A stretch of 64,000 bases of DNA from Candidatus Nanoarchaeia archaeon (GCA_036514715.1 DATBWR010000004.1:73147-137146); one strand, 5' to 3'. Shown: positions 8,933-17,035, counted from the stretch's first letter. Numbers and translations are program-made. Notes: generated by a model not told the origin, from the sequence alone.

Positions 8933-9877
8933 TTGTTAGAATTAAGTAAAGTGGACCCTTCTTTAAACCGCAAAATCAATCAAGTTTTCCTCAAAATCAG
9001 CCGCCAAATTTACGAGAGTGATATGCGTAATGACGACACGCGTAGTTGGTGGCCTATCCGCCCGCCTCTTTTGGATCAACCACTTGTACCCTTTCTTTTC
9101 TCGGAGTTGATTCGACTTTTCAAAAAGGCAGAAGTAGAAAACATAAGTTCAAAAGAGCTGGCGAGTTTGTTTTCAAGGGAAATAATCGAAGACTTACAGT
9201 TCTTATGGCCCTCTTTAGGATGGAAGCCAAGTAACATAGCTTTTGAGGATAAACTTTTCCTAATTTCCAAACTGATAGAACTTTCAGAAACTTCTATAGC
9301 CCGAGAAAATTTTGTGAGCGTTTTTCAAAAATTGGCCAACGAGATTAAGGAAAGTAGCAACGAGAAGCCGAAAAATGTCTTAAGGGTTGGGACCAGACTT
9401 TATTTTGAATATCTGAAACCTCTTTACGGGCGTTTGAATGAAGATTGGGAGAAGTCTTTGCTAGAAGCAACGCGGCTGGTTTTAACGAAACAAAACGAGG
9501 TCACCGACCCTGGGCCTTGGGGAGATGCGAGTAAAGAGAAGGCAATTCGCAAGCTAGTGCGCAACAGCGATTTTCGCCGAGAAAAAGAAAAGGATCTGGA
9601 GCAGATCCTCCAAGGAGTTCCGGAAGTTCCTGGAATTGCCGAAGGGGTGGTTGGGGAAAATATCATTGTTGGTTTTACCATTGAATCTGTGCCTGAAAAT
9701 GTAGATGCTTTTATCACGGATATTGATGCTTTCAAAAATCTAGACAAAAAGAAAGAGTTGGAGGAAAAAGGTGTTGTTGTAGTGATTAAAACCAGAAACG
9801 GTTCCCACCAACTCAAAACTGGTGACAAAATCTGGGTCGACGGCACCAGCGGAATAGTATTCAAGATGGAAAAGTAG
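8933..9877 (+). CDS. Hypothetical protein; the C-terminal segment weakly resembles a PEP-utilising-enzyme mobile domain
   Basis: C-terminal VPGIAEGVVG...GVVVVIKTRNGSHQLKTGDKIWVDGTSGIV; weak similarity only. Confidence 0.3.
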   Translation: MLELSKVDPSLNRKINQVFLKISRQIYESDMRNDDTRSWWPIRPPLLDQPLVPFLFSELIRLFKKAEVENISSKELASLFSREIIEDLQFLWPSLGWKPSNIAFEDKLFLISKLIELSETSIARENFVSVFQKLANEIKESSNEKPKNVLRVGTRLYFEYLKPLYGRLNEDWEKSLLEATRLVLTKQNEVTDPGPWGDASKEKAIRKLVRNSDFRREKEKDLEQILQGVPEVPGIAEGVVGENIIVGFTIESVPENVDAFITDIDAFKNLDKKKELEEKGVVVVIKTRNGSHQLKTGDKIWVDGTSGIVFKMEK

Positions 9878-9886
9878 ACTTCCCTT

Positions 9887-9926
9887 GGTCGCATTTTTAG
9901 GCGATAGCATTGATTTGCGACCATAT
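9887..9926. repeat. Hairpin repeat copy 1 (GGTCGCA-TTTT-GCGATAG-N-TGCGACC)
   Basis: tggtcgcatttttaggcgatagcattgatttgcgacca; 7-bp inverted arms; a near-identical copy lies at 10508-10546, including the conserved loop gcgatag. Confidence 0.6.
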
Positions 9927-9947
9927 TTCTGATAGCTTCTATTAACA

Positions 9948-10499
9948 ATGTCGGTTCAAGAAAACCCAACCACAAAAGTTATTTTAAGCTTGTTAGCAGC
10001 TGGAGCGGTTTTAGGAATATCCTTAATTACACCTGGGGTTCCAGGAGCCATCGTTAAATTAGGCAGGCAATTTAATCCTTACAGAAGAAAGAGACTGCGA
10101 GAAAATCTCAAAAGGTTGTCTGAGCAAGAACTAATTGGTTTTAGGGAAGAAAATGGGCAAACAGTTGTTACTTTGAGTGATAAGGGTAGACAAAGAGTCT
10201 TAAAATTTGACATCGATAGCGTACGAATTAAGAAGCCAAAAGCTTGGGATGGAAAGTGGAGAGTGGTGATTTTTGATATTCCAGAAAGTAAAAAGAGAGG
10301 GCGAGAAGCTTTGAGAAGAAAACTCAAAGAACTTGGTTTTTACCAGCTTCAAAAGAGCACCCTTCTTTACCCGTTTGAGTGTAAGGACGAAATAGATTTT
10401 ATTAAGGCTAACTGTGAGGTCAGTGACTATGTTAAGTATTTAGTGGTCGAAGAGTTGGAGGAGGCGGAATTCTTCCAAAACTGGTTCGATTTGGCTTGA
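9948..10499 (+). CDS. wHTH protein with a Cas2/PaaX-C-like domain
   Basis: N-terminal wHTH-like region; WDGKWRVVIFDIPESKKRGREALRRKLKELGFYQLQKSTLLYPFEC resembles the Cas2 core (YDI...R.kv.k.L...G.rvQ.SVFEC) and the PaaX C-terminal motif (DGxW..fdiPE); no CRISPR array is in the window. Confidence 0.45.
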   Translation: MSVQENPTTKVILSLLAAGAVLGISLITPGVPGAIVKLGRQFNPYRRKRLRENLKRLSEQELIGFREENGQTVVTLSDKGRQRVLKFDIDSVRIKKPKAWDGKWRVVIFDIPESKKRGREALRRKLKELGFYQLQKSTLLYPFECKDEIDFIKANCEVSDYVKYLVVEELEEAEFFQNWFDLA

Positions 10500-10507
10500 T
10501 TTTATAG

Positions 10508-10546
10508 AGGGTCGCAATTTTGAGCGATAGTATAATAATGCGACCT
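10508..10546. repeat. Hairpin repeat copy 2
   Basis: gggtcgcaattttgagcgatagtataataatgcgacc; same arm and loop motifs as copy 1. Confidence 0.6.
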
Positions 10547-10634
10547 GTAAGTGGAGCATTAGGCTATTGCTTGAACGCTAGGTGTGCGCAGTAGCTAATG
10601 TCCTTAGCAACGCAAGCAAAGTGGCTCATAGTAC

Positions 10635-10663
10635 TTGACAAACACTTCAATCTGTGCTATAAT
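10635..10663 (+). promoter_or_regulatory. Consensus sigma70-type promoter TTGACA-17-TATAAT
   Basis: Perfect -35 TTGACA (10635-10640), 17-nt spacer, perfect -10 TATAAT (10658-10663); read directly. Confidence 0.6.
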
Positions 10664-10669
10664 AATTGC

Positions 10670-10830
10670 GTTGAACATTGAAAACCGAATATAAATTCGC
10701 CAGACGATAGGTATGGCGGTCAAGTACGGCTAAGGTCCTCCCCGATATCTCGGGGTTTCCTAAATATAGATACGGCCCCTTAAGTTACTCACGTTTTTCG
10801 CGTGGGTGATTTGAGGGGCCGTTTTTGTTT
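10670..10830 (+). ncRNA. Candidate ~160-nt small RNA (family not recognised)
   Basis: Consensus promoter upstream; no ORF with an RBS; internal hairpins cgcca..tggcg and ccccga-tatc-tcgggg; ends in an intrinsic terminator. Confidence 0.4.
10774..10830 (+). terminator. Rho-independent terminator (GGCCCCT..AGGGGCC stem with an inner hairpin, then TTTTTGTTT)
   Basis: ggcccct (10774-10780) pairs with aggggcc (10814-10820), followed by gtttttgttt. Confidence 0.55.
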
Positions 10831-10877
10831 GGCCAAAATTAGCCAGCTGGCGAAAGCCAAAAGAAAGGAACAGAGAA

Positions 10878-11135
10878 GTGAAAATGCTAGTTTGGGCGGT
10901 GCGCCGAAAGCTCGCAGGCACTGAGTGGTCTATGTCGTCCGGTAGGCGGGACTATGACTCCTTCTTCTACTTCTATTTCTGGAGAATAGTTTTCTTTCTA
11001 TTGCCTCAGAAAGTGGAGTGCAGGGAGTGCGGCAAGAAGTTTCTTGTGAAGAACATGTGCTGTACCGATTTGGAGTGTTACGGCCATTCGCATTGGGAGG
11101 AGGAAGAGGAGCAGGTAGTGGAGGAGCCTGGGTAA
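10878..11135 (+). CDS. Small Cys-rich hypothetical protein (cassette-like ORF A)
   Basis: 85-aa ORF with elevated GC; CRECGKK...NMCCTDLECYGHSHW then a poly-Glu tail; preceded by the conserved leader ggccaaaattagcca...aaagaaaggaa. The start could instead be the ATG at 10884. Confidence 0.3.
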   Translation: MKMLVWAVRRKLAGTEWSMSSGRRDYDSFFYFYFWRIVFFLLPQKVECRECGKKFLVKNMCCTDLECYGHSHWEEEEEQVVEEPG

Positions 11136-11283
11136 ACAAATCCTCCTCAATCCTAAGAGAATCTCTCTTCACTTTGTTCAGAGTAAACTTGAGGTTTTCT
11201 TAGGAAAGAGTAGGAGCCAAAACAGTTCGTGCTCTTTAATTCAAAACGGCCAAAATTAGCCAAGAAAGGAAAGGAGAACCAAA

Positions 11284-11673
11284 ATGGTGAACAACGACAC
11301 CGAGGAAGTTGTCGAGAGGAACCGGGACTCGCTCATTGAAAGGGTTAAGCGATCGCATCCCTGGGCAGGTGAGGACAAGGATGAGGATTTCGTGTATATA
11401 GGAATAAGTCCGCTTGCATCGCCAGAGCCTTACCTTGCTGGCAACTTGATTATCGTCTCCCTCGACCCCAGGGATTTGGTGATCTGCGGTGTTCGGGTCT
11501 ATAGCGGCAAAGAATTCTTGCGGGATCACGGACTCTGGGGTCTCTGGAAGAAATGCCACAGCGGTAGCGAGGAAAGTCAAGTCGCTAACAAACGGCAACT
11601 GTTCCTCAAGCTCATCTCCATGGCTATACCAGACCTAAAGGAGACCACAGACCGAGGTTTGGAGGTAAGGTAA
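11284..11673 (+). CDS. Small hypothetical protein (cassette-like ORF B)
   Basis: 129 aa, GC-elevated; RBS aaggagaacc; preceded by the conserved upstream element and a ggccaaaattagcca leader. Confidence 0.35.
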   Translation: MVNNDTEEVVERNRDSLIERVKRSHPWAGEDKDEDFVYIGISPLASPEPYLAGNLIIVSLDPRDLVICGVRVYSGKEFLRDHGLWGLWKKCHSGSEESQVANKRQLFLKLISMAIPDLKETTDRGLEVR

Positions 11674-11825
11674 CCTTTAGTTTCTTTCAGGTTGCGGGTG
11701 AAACTGCAACGGAAGTTCTTTAGCAAAAGAACTTAAGTTTCCTAAGCAAATCAGAAAACTGGTTTTCTTAGGAAAGAGCGTGAGTCAAAAGAATTCGTGC
11801 TCTGCAAAAAAGAAAGGAGAAAGAA

Positions 11826-12137
11826 ATGGTTTCGACAGAACCCAAAATGGTGTCGGCGTTACGGTTGGTGGTGGCAGTACTTCATGTACTGGTCTACCAA
11901 CCAATTTTCAAAAATGAGTTTGGGGTTCTTGACGAGGAGTCCGAAGAAACATCAGTTATACTAGCGATTGCTTCCTTAACTGATGCGGAAACCGGAGAGA
12001 TAAAGAACAAGGGGAAAGTGGTCAATGTTTGGGAGGCAATCAAGGAGAATCCCAAATGGAAAGAGGCTTTCTCGACTGATGAAAAAAAGCAGGAGCTTTT
12101 GCGGATGCTTGATCTTCTCGAGAAGACAGGTCTCTAG
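11826..12137 (+). CDS. Small hypothetical protein (cassette-like ORF C)
   Basis: 103 aa; RBS aaaggagaaag; preceded by the conserved upstream element; followed by a strong intrinsic terminator. Confidence 0.4.
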   Translation: MVSTEPKMVSALRLVVAVLHVLVYQPIFKNEFGVLDEESEETSVILAIASLTDAETGEIKNKGKVVNVWEAIKENPKWKEAFSTDEKKQELLRMLDLLEKTGL

Positions 12138-12141
12138 CAGG

Positions 12142-12185
12142 TGGAGTCAAAGATCGAAAGATTGGCGACTCCACTTTTTTATTCC
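12142..12185 (+). terminator. Rho-independent terminator
   Basis: gtggagtc-aaagatcgaaagattggc-gactccac followed by ttttttatt. Confidence 0.7.
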
Positions 12186-12215
12186 TCAAAATATAGGAAT
12201 GATTATTCATATATT

Positions 12216-12647
12216 TTATTTCCGGTCATTCCAGTGTAGATCGCGCAGGAAAATTTGTGTCGTAACTGGCCCAACCCCTTTAAATTCTTGTAGTCTTTTT
12301 TCTAAATCTTTTTTATTTTTTGCTTGCTTTAATAAATTCGTAGCAGTGCTGTATTTTTCTTTTAAGGTTTTACAAACATCCAGTAGTTTGGTGGCGGTGG
12401 AAAAATCGTAACGAACGTAGTGGCCAGCGTCCAAAACCTCGACTAATTTGTCCCAACCAGCTTGAAGAATTGCTTCCGGAGTGGTCAAACCCTCTTTAAC
12501 AAATTCAAAATAAGTGCGTCTTGCAACTTCCTGTTGGATCGGTTTACCAAAAAGCAGACAAGCCAACAACCACTTAAAAAGTTCAGAGCCCTTCCCGGAA
12601 GAAAGGTCAATACCCAGTTCTTGAGAGTAAATCTTTCCTTTTGCCAC
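12216..12647 (-). CDS. Helix-hairpin-helix (HhH-GPD-like) DNA-binding / glycosylase-like protein
   Basis: LQEFKGVGPVTTQIFLRDL matches the L..lpGvG..tA..il HhH motif; 143 aa. Confidence 0.35.
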   Translation of the reverse strand: MAKGKIYSQELGIDLSSGKGSELFKWLLACLLFGKPIQQEVARRTYFEFVKEGLTTPEAILQAGWDKLVEVLDAGHYVRYDFSTATKLLDVCKTLKEKYSTATNLLKQAKNKKDLEKRLQEFKGVGPVTTQIFLRDLHWNDRK

Positions 12648-12678
12648 TGGTTTATCGAGCCCCGTTCTCGTGATGGCT

Positions 12679-13833
12679 CTAGCGTAAGATCATCGATTTA
12701 ACCGTCAGGAAGTAGTTGAGGTCGGTCTGAGAAATAATTCCCACCAATTTTCCTCCTTCAAAGACAGGTAGAGAAGGCAAACGGCCTCTAGCCATAATTA
12801 TCAAGGCTTTTAAGACACTGGTTTCGGGCGTAACAACCTGATTTCGGGTGAGTTTGGTGGTGACATTTAAGATTTTAGTGGCCTTATTAACCAGTCCTTT
12901 TTTAGCTAAGCTGTCAACGTAGACCATACCGACCAACTTACCGTTCTCCATAACTGGGTAACCGGAGAGTTTATGTTTTAAAAAATAGTGTTCAAAGACA
13001 CTGTCTAGTTTTAAGTCTCCACCTAGACTAAAAACTTCTTTGGTCATTAACCCTTTAACTTTTATTCCGAGTAGAGCGTTTCTAAGTTCCGTTTGGGCAA
13101 CGGAAGCTCTGGCGATGAAGTTAAGAAAAAGTCCAAGTATTGCCAACCACAAACCGGAAAGGGCATTAACAAAAAAGAAGAGTGCTAAGCCCAAAAGAAC
13201 CAGTAACAACCCGATCATTGCCCCACCGGCAGCGGCGAATTTTGTTGCCAGAACTAAATCCTTTTTTACCGCCCAAACTGCAGAACGAAGAATTCTACCA
13301 CCATCCAGTGGGTATCCAGGGAGTAAGTTAAAAACGCCGACGCTAAAGTTAAAAAAAGCTAAGGCTCCAAGGACTGCTTGAAGTTGCAACGCCCAGTGGT
13401 TTACGGTTGCCAAGTTGAATAACACAAGATTGATCGCTCCAATCGTGAAGCTTGCCAGTGGGCCCGCGATTGCCATCCTAAATTCTACTGATGGGTTTTT
13501 GGGTTCGTCGGAAAGTTGGGCTGCACCACCAAAGACAAAGAGAGTGATGCGCTCAACCTTTAAGCCAAGGCGGTTAGCTACAACTGAGTGGCTCAACTCA
13601 TGTACCAATGCAGAGACAAAGAACAAAATAGTGGTGATTATACCAAGGACAGCGTAGGTTAAAGGATCAAATTTAGGATAGTTTCCAGGAAAATAGTTAC
13701 TTGAAAGCGAGAAGCTAATTAAAGCGAAAACTACGAACCAGGAATAATCAATCCGGATAGTGATGCCAAATATTTTTCCTAAGGTAATTCCGTCTCCAAA
13801 CAACATATTCTTATTCTTACTATTAACAACCAA
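12679..13833 (-). CDS. Site-2-protease-like M50 zinc metalloprotease with a C-terminal CBS pair
   Basis: HExxH (HELSHSVVAN) inside a TM helix; polytopic; C-terminal CBS-like repeats (GYPVMENGKLVGMVYVD; LPVFEGGKLVGIISQTDL). Confidence 0.75.
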   Translation of the reverse strand: MVVNSKNKNMLFGDGITLGKIFGITIRIDYSWFVVFALISFSLSSNYFPGNYPKFDPLTYAVLGIITTILFFVSALVHELSHSVVANRLGLKVERITLFVFGGAAQLSDEPKNPSVEFRMAIAGPLASFTIGAINLVLFNLATVNHWALQLQAVLGALAFFNFSVGVFNLLPGYPLDGGRILRSAVWAVKKDLVLATKFAAAGGAMIGLLLVLLGLALFFFVNALSGLWLAILGLFLNFIARASVAQTELRNALLGIKVKGLMTKEVFSLGGDLKLDSVFEHYFLKHKLSGYPVMENGKLVGMVYVDSLAKKGLVNKATKILNVTTKLTRNQVVTPETSVLKALIIMARGRLPSLPVFEGGKLVGIISQTDLNYFLTVKSMILR

Positions 13834-14224
13834 AAATTATTTCTCTTTTCTCCGGACCGTTAAGTTCTACCAGAACGATTTTTTGGTAATCGCCTAAAAC
13901 TAACTTACCATCCTCTACTGGCACTACCAAGGAAGGTCCAAGAAAGGACGCCATAAAGTGAGATGGCATATGTACTGCTGTGTGGGTGTGTTCATATTTC
14001 AGTCGGGGAGACTCCTTCTTAGGTATTGGTATCTCAAAAGCGTCAAAGATCTCAAGCTCTGATTCTGGATTTAAGTCTGCCGTGGTTAGACCGGCGGTTG
14101 TGTGTTTGAGAAATAGATGGCAAAAACCATCTTTTTTGTTAGCCTTTGTTATCAACTCTTGAACTTCTTGAGTAATGTCTACCATTTCCCTTTCTTTTTT
14201 GGTTTTGATGTTAATCTTTTCCAT
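13823..14224 (-). CDS. YjbQ/UPF0047-family protein (secondary thiamine-phosphate synthase-like)
   Basis: HTTAGLT...HMPSHFMASFLGPSLVVPVEDGKLVLGDYQKIVLVE matches the UPF0047 signature. Confidence 0.7.
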   Translation of the reverse strand: MEKINIKTKKEREMVDITQEVQELITKANKKDGFCHLFLKHTTAGLTTADLNPESELEIFDAFEIPIPKKESPRLKYEHTHTAVHMPSHFMASFLGPSLVVPVEDGKLVLGDYQKIVLVELNGPEKREIIFGC

Positions 14225-14246
14225 ACAGCACTCCTTTCACGCTTTT

Positions 14247-14546
14247 CTAATGTGGGACTATAATCTCACCAAGCACAAACCAAAGAACAAAAAAGCCCAT
14301 TAAAGTGGCTATAAAAACAAAAACCGACCGTTCCTTATACCTCCAGATACTGATAATTCCGGTAAAGAAGGCAGCTATAGCAGAAGCCCCTGCACTAAGC
14401 ATGGGGATACTAATTGTCGGGTTGTCAAAAAAAGTTTCCCCGCCACTCTGTCCCAGCACGGAGACAACAAACATGCCGGTTGCAAGTAGCAGAAAGAAGG
14501 CAATAATCAAGCCAACCGACCATTTTCCTAATAAAGTTTTTGGCAC
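14247..14546 (-). CDS. Small membrane protein (3 TM helices), unknown function
   Basis: 99 aa, hydrophobic. Confidence 0.4.
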   Translation of the reverse strand: MPKTLLGKWSVGLIIAFFLLLATGMFVVSVLGQSGGETFFDNPTISIPMLSAGASAIAAFFTGIISIWRYKERSVFVFIATLMGFFVLWFVLGEIIVPH

Positions 14547-14683
14547 CTTAGACCAACCCTTTCCAAGTTTAAGATAAAATTTAACTCTTCCTTAACTCCC
14601 CATCTCTCCCAACTCCCATTTAACTTAACTCAGAAAGAATATAGGCGCAGTGATCAAAAAGGGGGAAAGATTGTAATAATTGT

Positions 14684-14698
14684 CACACTTTCAGTGTG
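14684..14698. promoter_or_regulatory. 6-3-6 palindrome CACACT-TTC-AGTGTG upstream of the Crp/Fnr-family gene
   Basis: Read directly; about 95 bp upstream of the 14792 start. Confidence 0.25.
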
Positions 14699-14791
14699 TT
14701 TCTAGGAAGAAAGCACAGTTTTTTGCTATACTCTCCCAGAGTACAGAGCGCTAAGCAATCTTAGCTCAAAAAGCGTTCTATACTGCTGAAC

Positions 14792-15457
14792 ATGGAAGCG
14801 GCTGTTTTAAAAAAATTGGAAAATTTTTTCGGCCAATTTAAGAGCGTAAATTACAAGAAGAACGAAATAATCCTGCGAGCAGGGGAACCTATCTTTGGTG
14901 TTTTTTACCTTAAGAAAGGTTACGTCCGACAATACATAATTTCTGAAGAAGGAGAGGAAGTTACGATCCATATTTACCAGCCACCCGCCTTTTTCCCAAC
15001 CATGCTAGTGATTAATAGTATTCCAAACCGCTATTACTTTGAAGCCGAAACTGTTGTAGAAACTAGACGGGCTGATCCTGGGAAGGTGGTTGAGTTTCTT
15101 GAAACCAACCCGGACGTGCTTTTTGATTTAGCCAGCCGCTTTGCCGACGCGGTCGTGGGTTTATCGCGTCGGATTGAAACCTTGGCAATTGGCAACACTT
15201 ACGCCAAAGTGCTTTCGCTAATTGATTACTTGAACAAGCGTTTTGGGGAAACAGAAGGAAAGACCGTAACCATTAGTTTGCCAGTTACACATAACGACAT
15301 TGCTGCTTGGGTAGGTGCAAAAAGAGAGACCGTCAGCCGCCAAATTGAAAAGATGATTAAAAAAGAACTTATTGAACACAAACATCACCTACTAGTAATA
15401 AAAAATAAGACAAAGTTTGCCGACGAATTGAAGGAGTTTCAGGGCGAAGAAGAATAA
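14792..15457 (+). CDS. Crp/Fnr-family transcriptional regulator
   Basis: N-terminal cNMP-binding beta-roll (GEPIFGVFYLKKGYVRQY); C-terminal HTH (THNDIAAWVGAKRETVSRQIEKM). Confidence 0.75.
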   Translation: MEAAVLKKLENFFGQFKSVNYKKNEIILRAGEPIFGVFYLKKGYVRQYIISEEGEEVTIHIYQPPAFFPTMLVINSIPNRYYFEAETVVETRRADPGKVVEFLETNPDVLFDLASRFADAVVGLSRRIETLAIGNTYAKVLSLIDYLNKRFGETEGKTVTISLPVTHNDIAAWVGAKRETVSRQIEKMIKKELIEHKHHLLVIKNKTKFADELKEFQGEEE

Positions 15458-15460
15458 TCT

Positions 15461-15820
15461 TCACCCCACCTTAGAGCTGGTTAAAGTGATAGCCTCTTTA
15501 GTAGGCTTAATTTGAACTTTATTTTGAGCACTTTTGGGTAGATCATCTGATAATAAATAACCCTGCCATAAACCCTCACCAACTGAGAGTTCTAAGTGAA
15601 GAAGATCTGTTAAGTTTGGTTCGTCTTTAACTTCATAGAGACGGTATTTTCCCAGAGATAAAACATGGTTACCGTCAGTCGATTGCTCATGACGGGTTTG
15701 CAGTTTATTAAGCTTGTTATCAATCCAAGCAAAGGACTGCGCTTTGTCCAAGGTCAAGATTTTTCCCGGGCCTTTGGTTTTAACTAAACTGTAGGTACCT
15801 TGATTGATGATTTTAATCAT
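15461..15820 (-). CDS. Hypothetical protein
   Basis: 119-aa ORF convergent with the crp/fnr gene. Confidence 0.35.
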   Translation of the reverse strand: MIKIINQGTYSLVKTKGPGKILTLDKAQSFAWIDNKLNKLQTRHEQSTDGNHVLSLGKYRLYEVKDEPNLTDLLHLELSVGEGLWQGYLLSDDLPKSAQNKVQIKPTKEAITLTSSKVG

Positions 15821-15984
15821 ATGAAAACCATAGACCCTTAAAAGGGGTTAGTAAGTGATATTGATCACAACTAATAGTTGCCAAAGATCACTGCAAACCT
15901 TATTGATTTGTGTTAATTTAAGATTGAAAGGAATCGGTGAGCACCTTTAAAAGATGAGCAGTTAGCCCCGAGTGGAGTTAGGAA

Positions 15985-16200
15985 AACTAACACAATAAAT
16001 TGTCTATGGAGTTCGGGGTTCCCGAAGTTTCCAAGACCCGTGGGTTTTGGAACAGACTCCACCTTTTGACACCAGGGTTAGTAAACTCGACCAGGAGGGG
16101 CAAAAGAAAGTCAGGAGTGGTGATTTCCGAAGTCCTTACGGGACGGATCCGAAAGGGTTCCCAGAAAAGCGCGAGTGACTTCGGAGTAACCACCCTTTCT
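15985..16200 (+). ncRNA. Candidate structured RNA (GC-rich, multi-hairpin, U-rich 3' tail); family not recognised
   Basis: Nested stems ggagt[ttcggg-gtt-cccgaa][ttccaa..ttggaa]actcc; 9-bp stem tccgaagtc...gacttcgga enclosing ggatccgaaagggttccc; ends in ctttctttgtttgctt; lacks RNase P, tmRNA and tRNA signatures. Confidence 0.35.
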
Positions 16201-16204
16201 TTGT

Positions 16205-17035
16205 TTGCTTATTGCTTTTGACCCGCGAAAGGTTAAAATTTCATTTGTGAATACGCGACAAATAATTAAACATCTGTCAAACCGTAATGGTTTGACAATT
16301 TCTTTATATTTACCTGTGGATCCGGGAGACTCTAAAAAAGATTGGCTAACCAAAGTCCATTCGCATTTAAGGGATTTGCGTCATTCGGCAAAGAATTTGC
16401 AACATAAAGAGGAAAAATACTTAGACGCGATTATAAGTCAGGTGGAAGACTTTTTGCAAAATTTTGATACTCGCGGTACTAGAACCCTAGCCTTGTTCGC
16501 TGGAAAGGATATTTTCGAAAGTGTTAAACTGCCAGTTGTCCTATCATCTCGGGTTCACGTCGAAAACAAGCCGATACTTTCCCCACTTACAGAAGCATTG
16601 GACGAAAACCCACCTTACATTATCGTTTTAATAGACAGAACTTACGGCGAGATAATCGAAGTTAACTTTCTTGAGGAAGAAGCAGCCTCCAAAGTAATAA
16701 AAAGCTATGTGCCGCAAAGAATTCTGGCCAAGGGTTACGATATTGGTAGAGAAGATAAAACTTTGCGGCACATTGAGGACCATCTCCACCGGCATTTGGT
16801 AAAAATCGTCAAGTTGCTGTCGAACTTTGAAAGTTCTTACCCCAACGGTTTAATTGTGATTGGAGGTCAAAAAGAGTTAGTGGGGAAGTTTACCCGTCTC
16901 TTGCACCCGTCTCTGCAAAAGAAGATAGTCGGCAGTTTCGGTGCTAATGTTGATGACAATAAAACCGAACTCATCAAAAAAGCTCAGAAATTTGTTGACA
17001 ATTATTTAGAGAAGAAAGCTTGGGGTAAAGCTTAA
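16205..17035 (+). CDS. eRF1/Pelota domain-2-like protein (bacterial/archaeal baeRF-type), lacking a catalytic GGQ loop
   Basis: PYIIVLIDRTYGEIIEVNF...RHIEDHLHRHLVKIVKLLSNFESSYPNGLIVIGGQKELVGKF aligns with eRF1 domain 2 (FSLIVMDGQGTLFG...RHNYVRKVAE...GLVLAGSADFK); the central domain is RNase-H-like. Confidence 0.45.
   Translation: MLIAFDPRKVKISFVNTRQIIKHLSNRNGLTISLYLPVDPGDSKKDWLTKVHSHLRDLRHSAKNLQHKEEKYLDAIISQVEDFLQNFDTRGTRTLALFAGKDIFESVKLPVVLSSRVHVENKPILSPLTEALDENPPYIIVLIDRTYGEIIEVNFLEEEAASKVIKSYVPQRILAKGYDIGREDKTLRHIEDHLHRHLVKIVKLLSNFESSYPNGLIVIGGQKELVGKFTRLLHPSLQKKIVGSFGANVDDNKTELIKKAQKFVDNYLEKKAWGKA

Noticed and set aside
9887-10546. Possible CRISPR array next to a Cas2-like gene
   Set aside because: Only two copies of the hairpin repeat exist. 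They are separated by a 550-bp protein-coding gene rather than by short spacers, they are not identical, and there are no further repeats. That is not a CRISPR array.
10831-12185. Integron gene-cassette array with attC sites
   Set aside because: The intergenic palindromes do not show the R''/L''-L'/R' architecture with the GTTRRRY core, and no integrase or attI is in the window. Reported only as cassette-like.
15985-16200. tRNA, tmRNA or RNase P RNA in the GC-rich structured segment
   Set aside because: No GTTCGAATC-type T-loop and no acceptor or CCA-proximal features are present. There is no GGAAAGTCCGG (P4) or GGGUGAAAGGGUG RNase P motif. There is no tmRNA 5' GGGGCUGAUUCUGGAUUCGACGGG or tag-ORF. 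It is kept only as an unclassified structured-RNA candidate.
16205-17035. Catalytic GGQ release-factor motif in the eRF1-like protein (LIVIGGQKEL)
   Set aside because: This GGQ aligns with the C-terminal beta-strand region of eRF1/Pelota domain 2 (VLAGSADFK / ILAGPGF.K), not with the GGQ loop. At the position of the loop, the protein has KGYDIG instead. The GGQ is coincidental.
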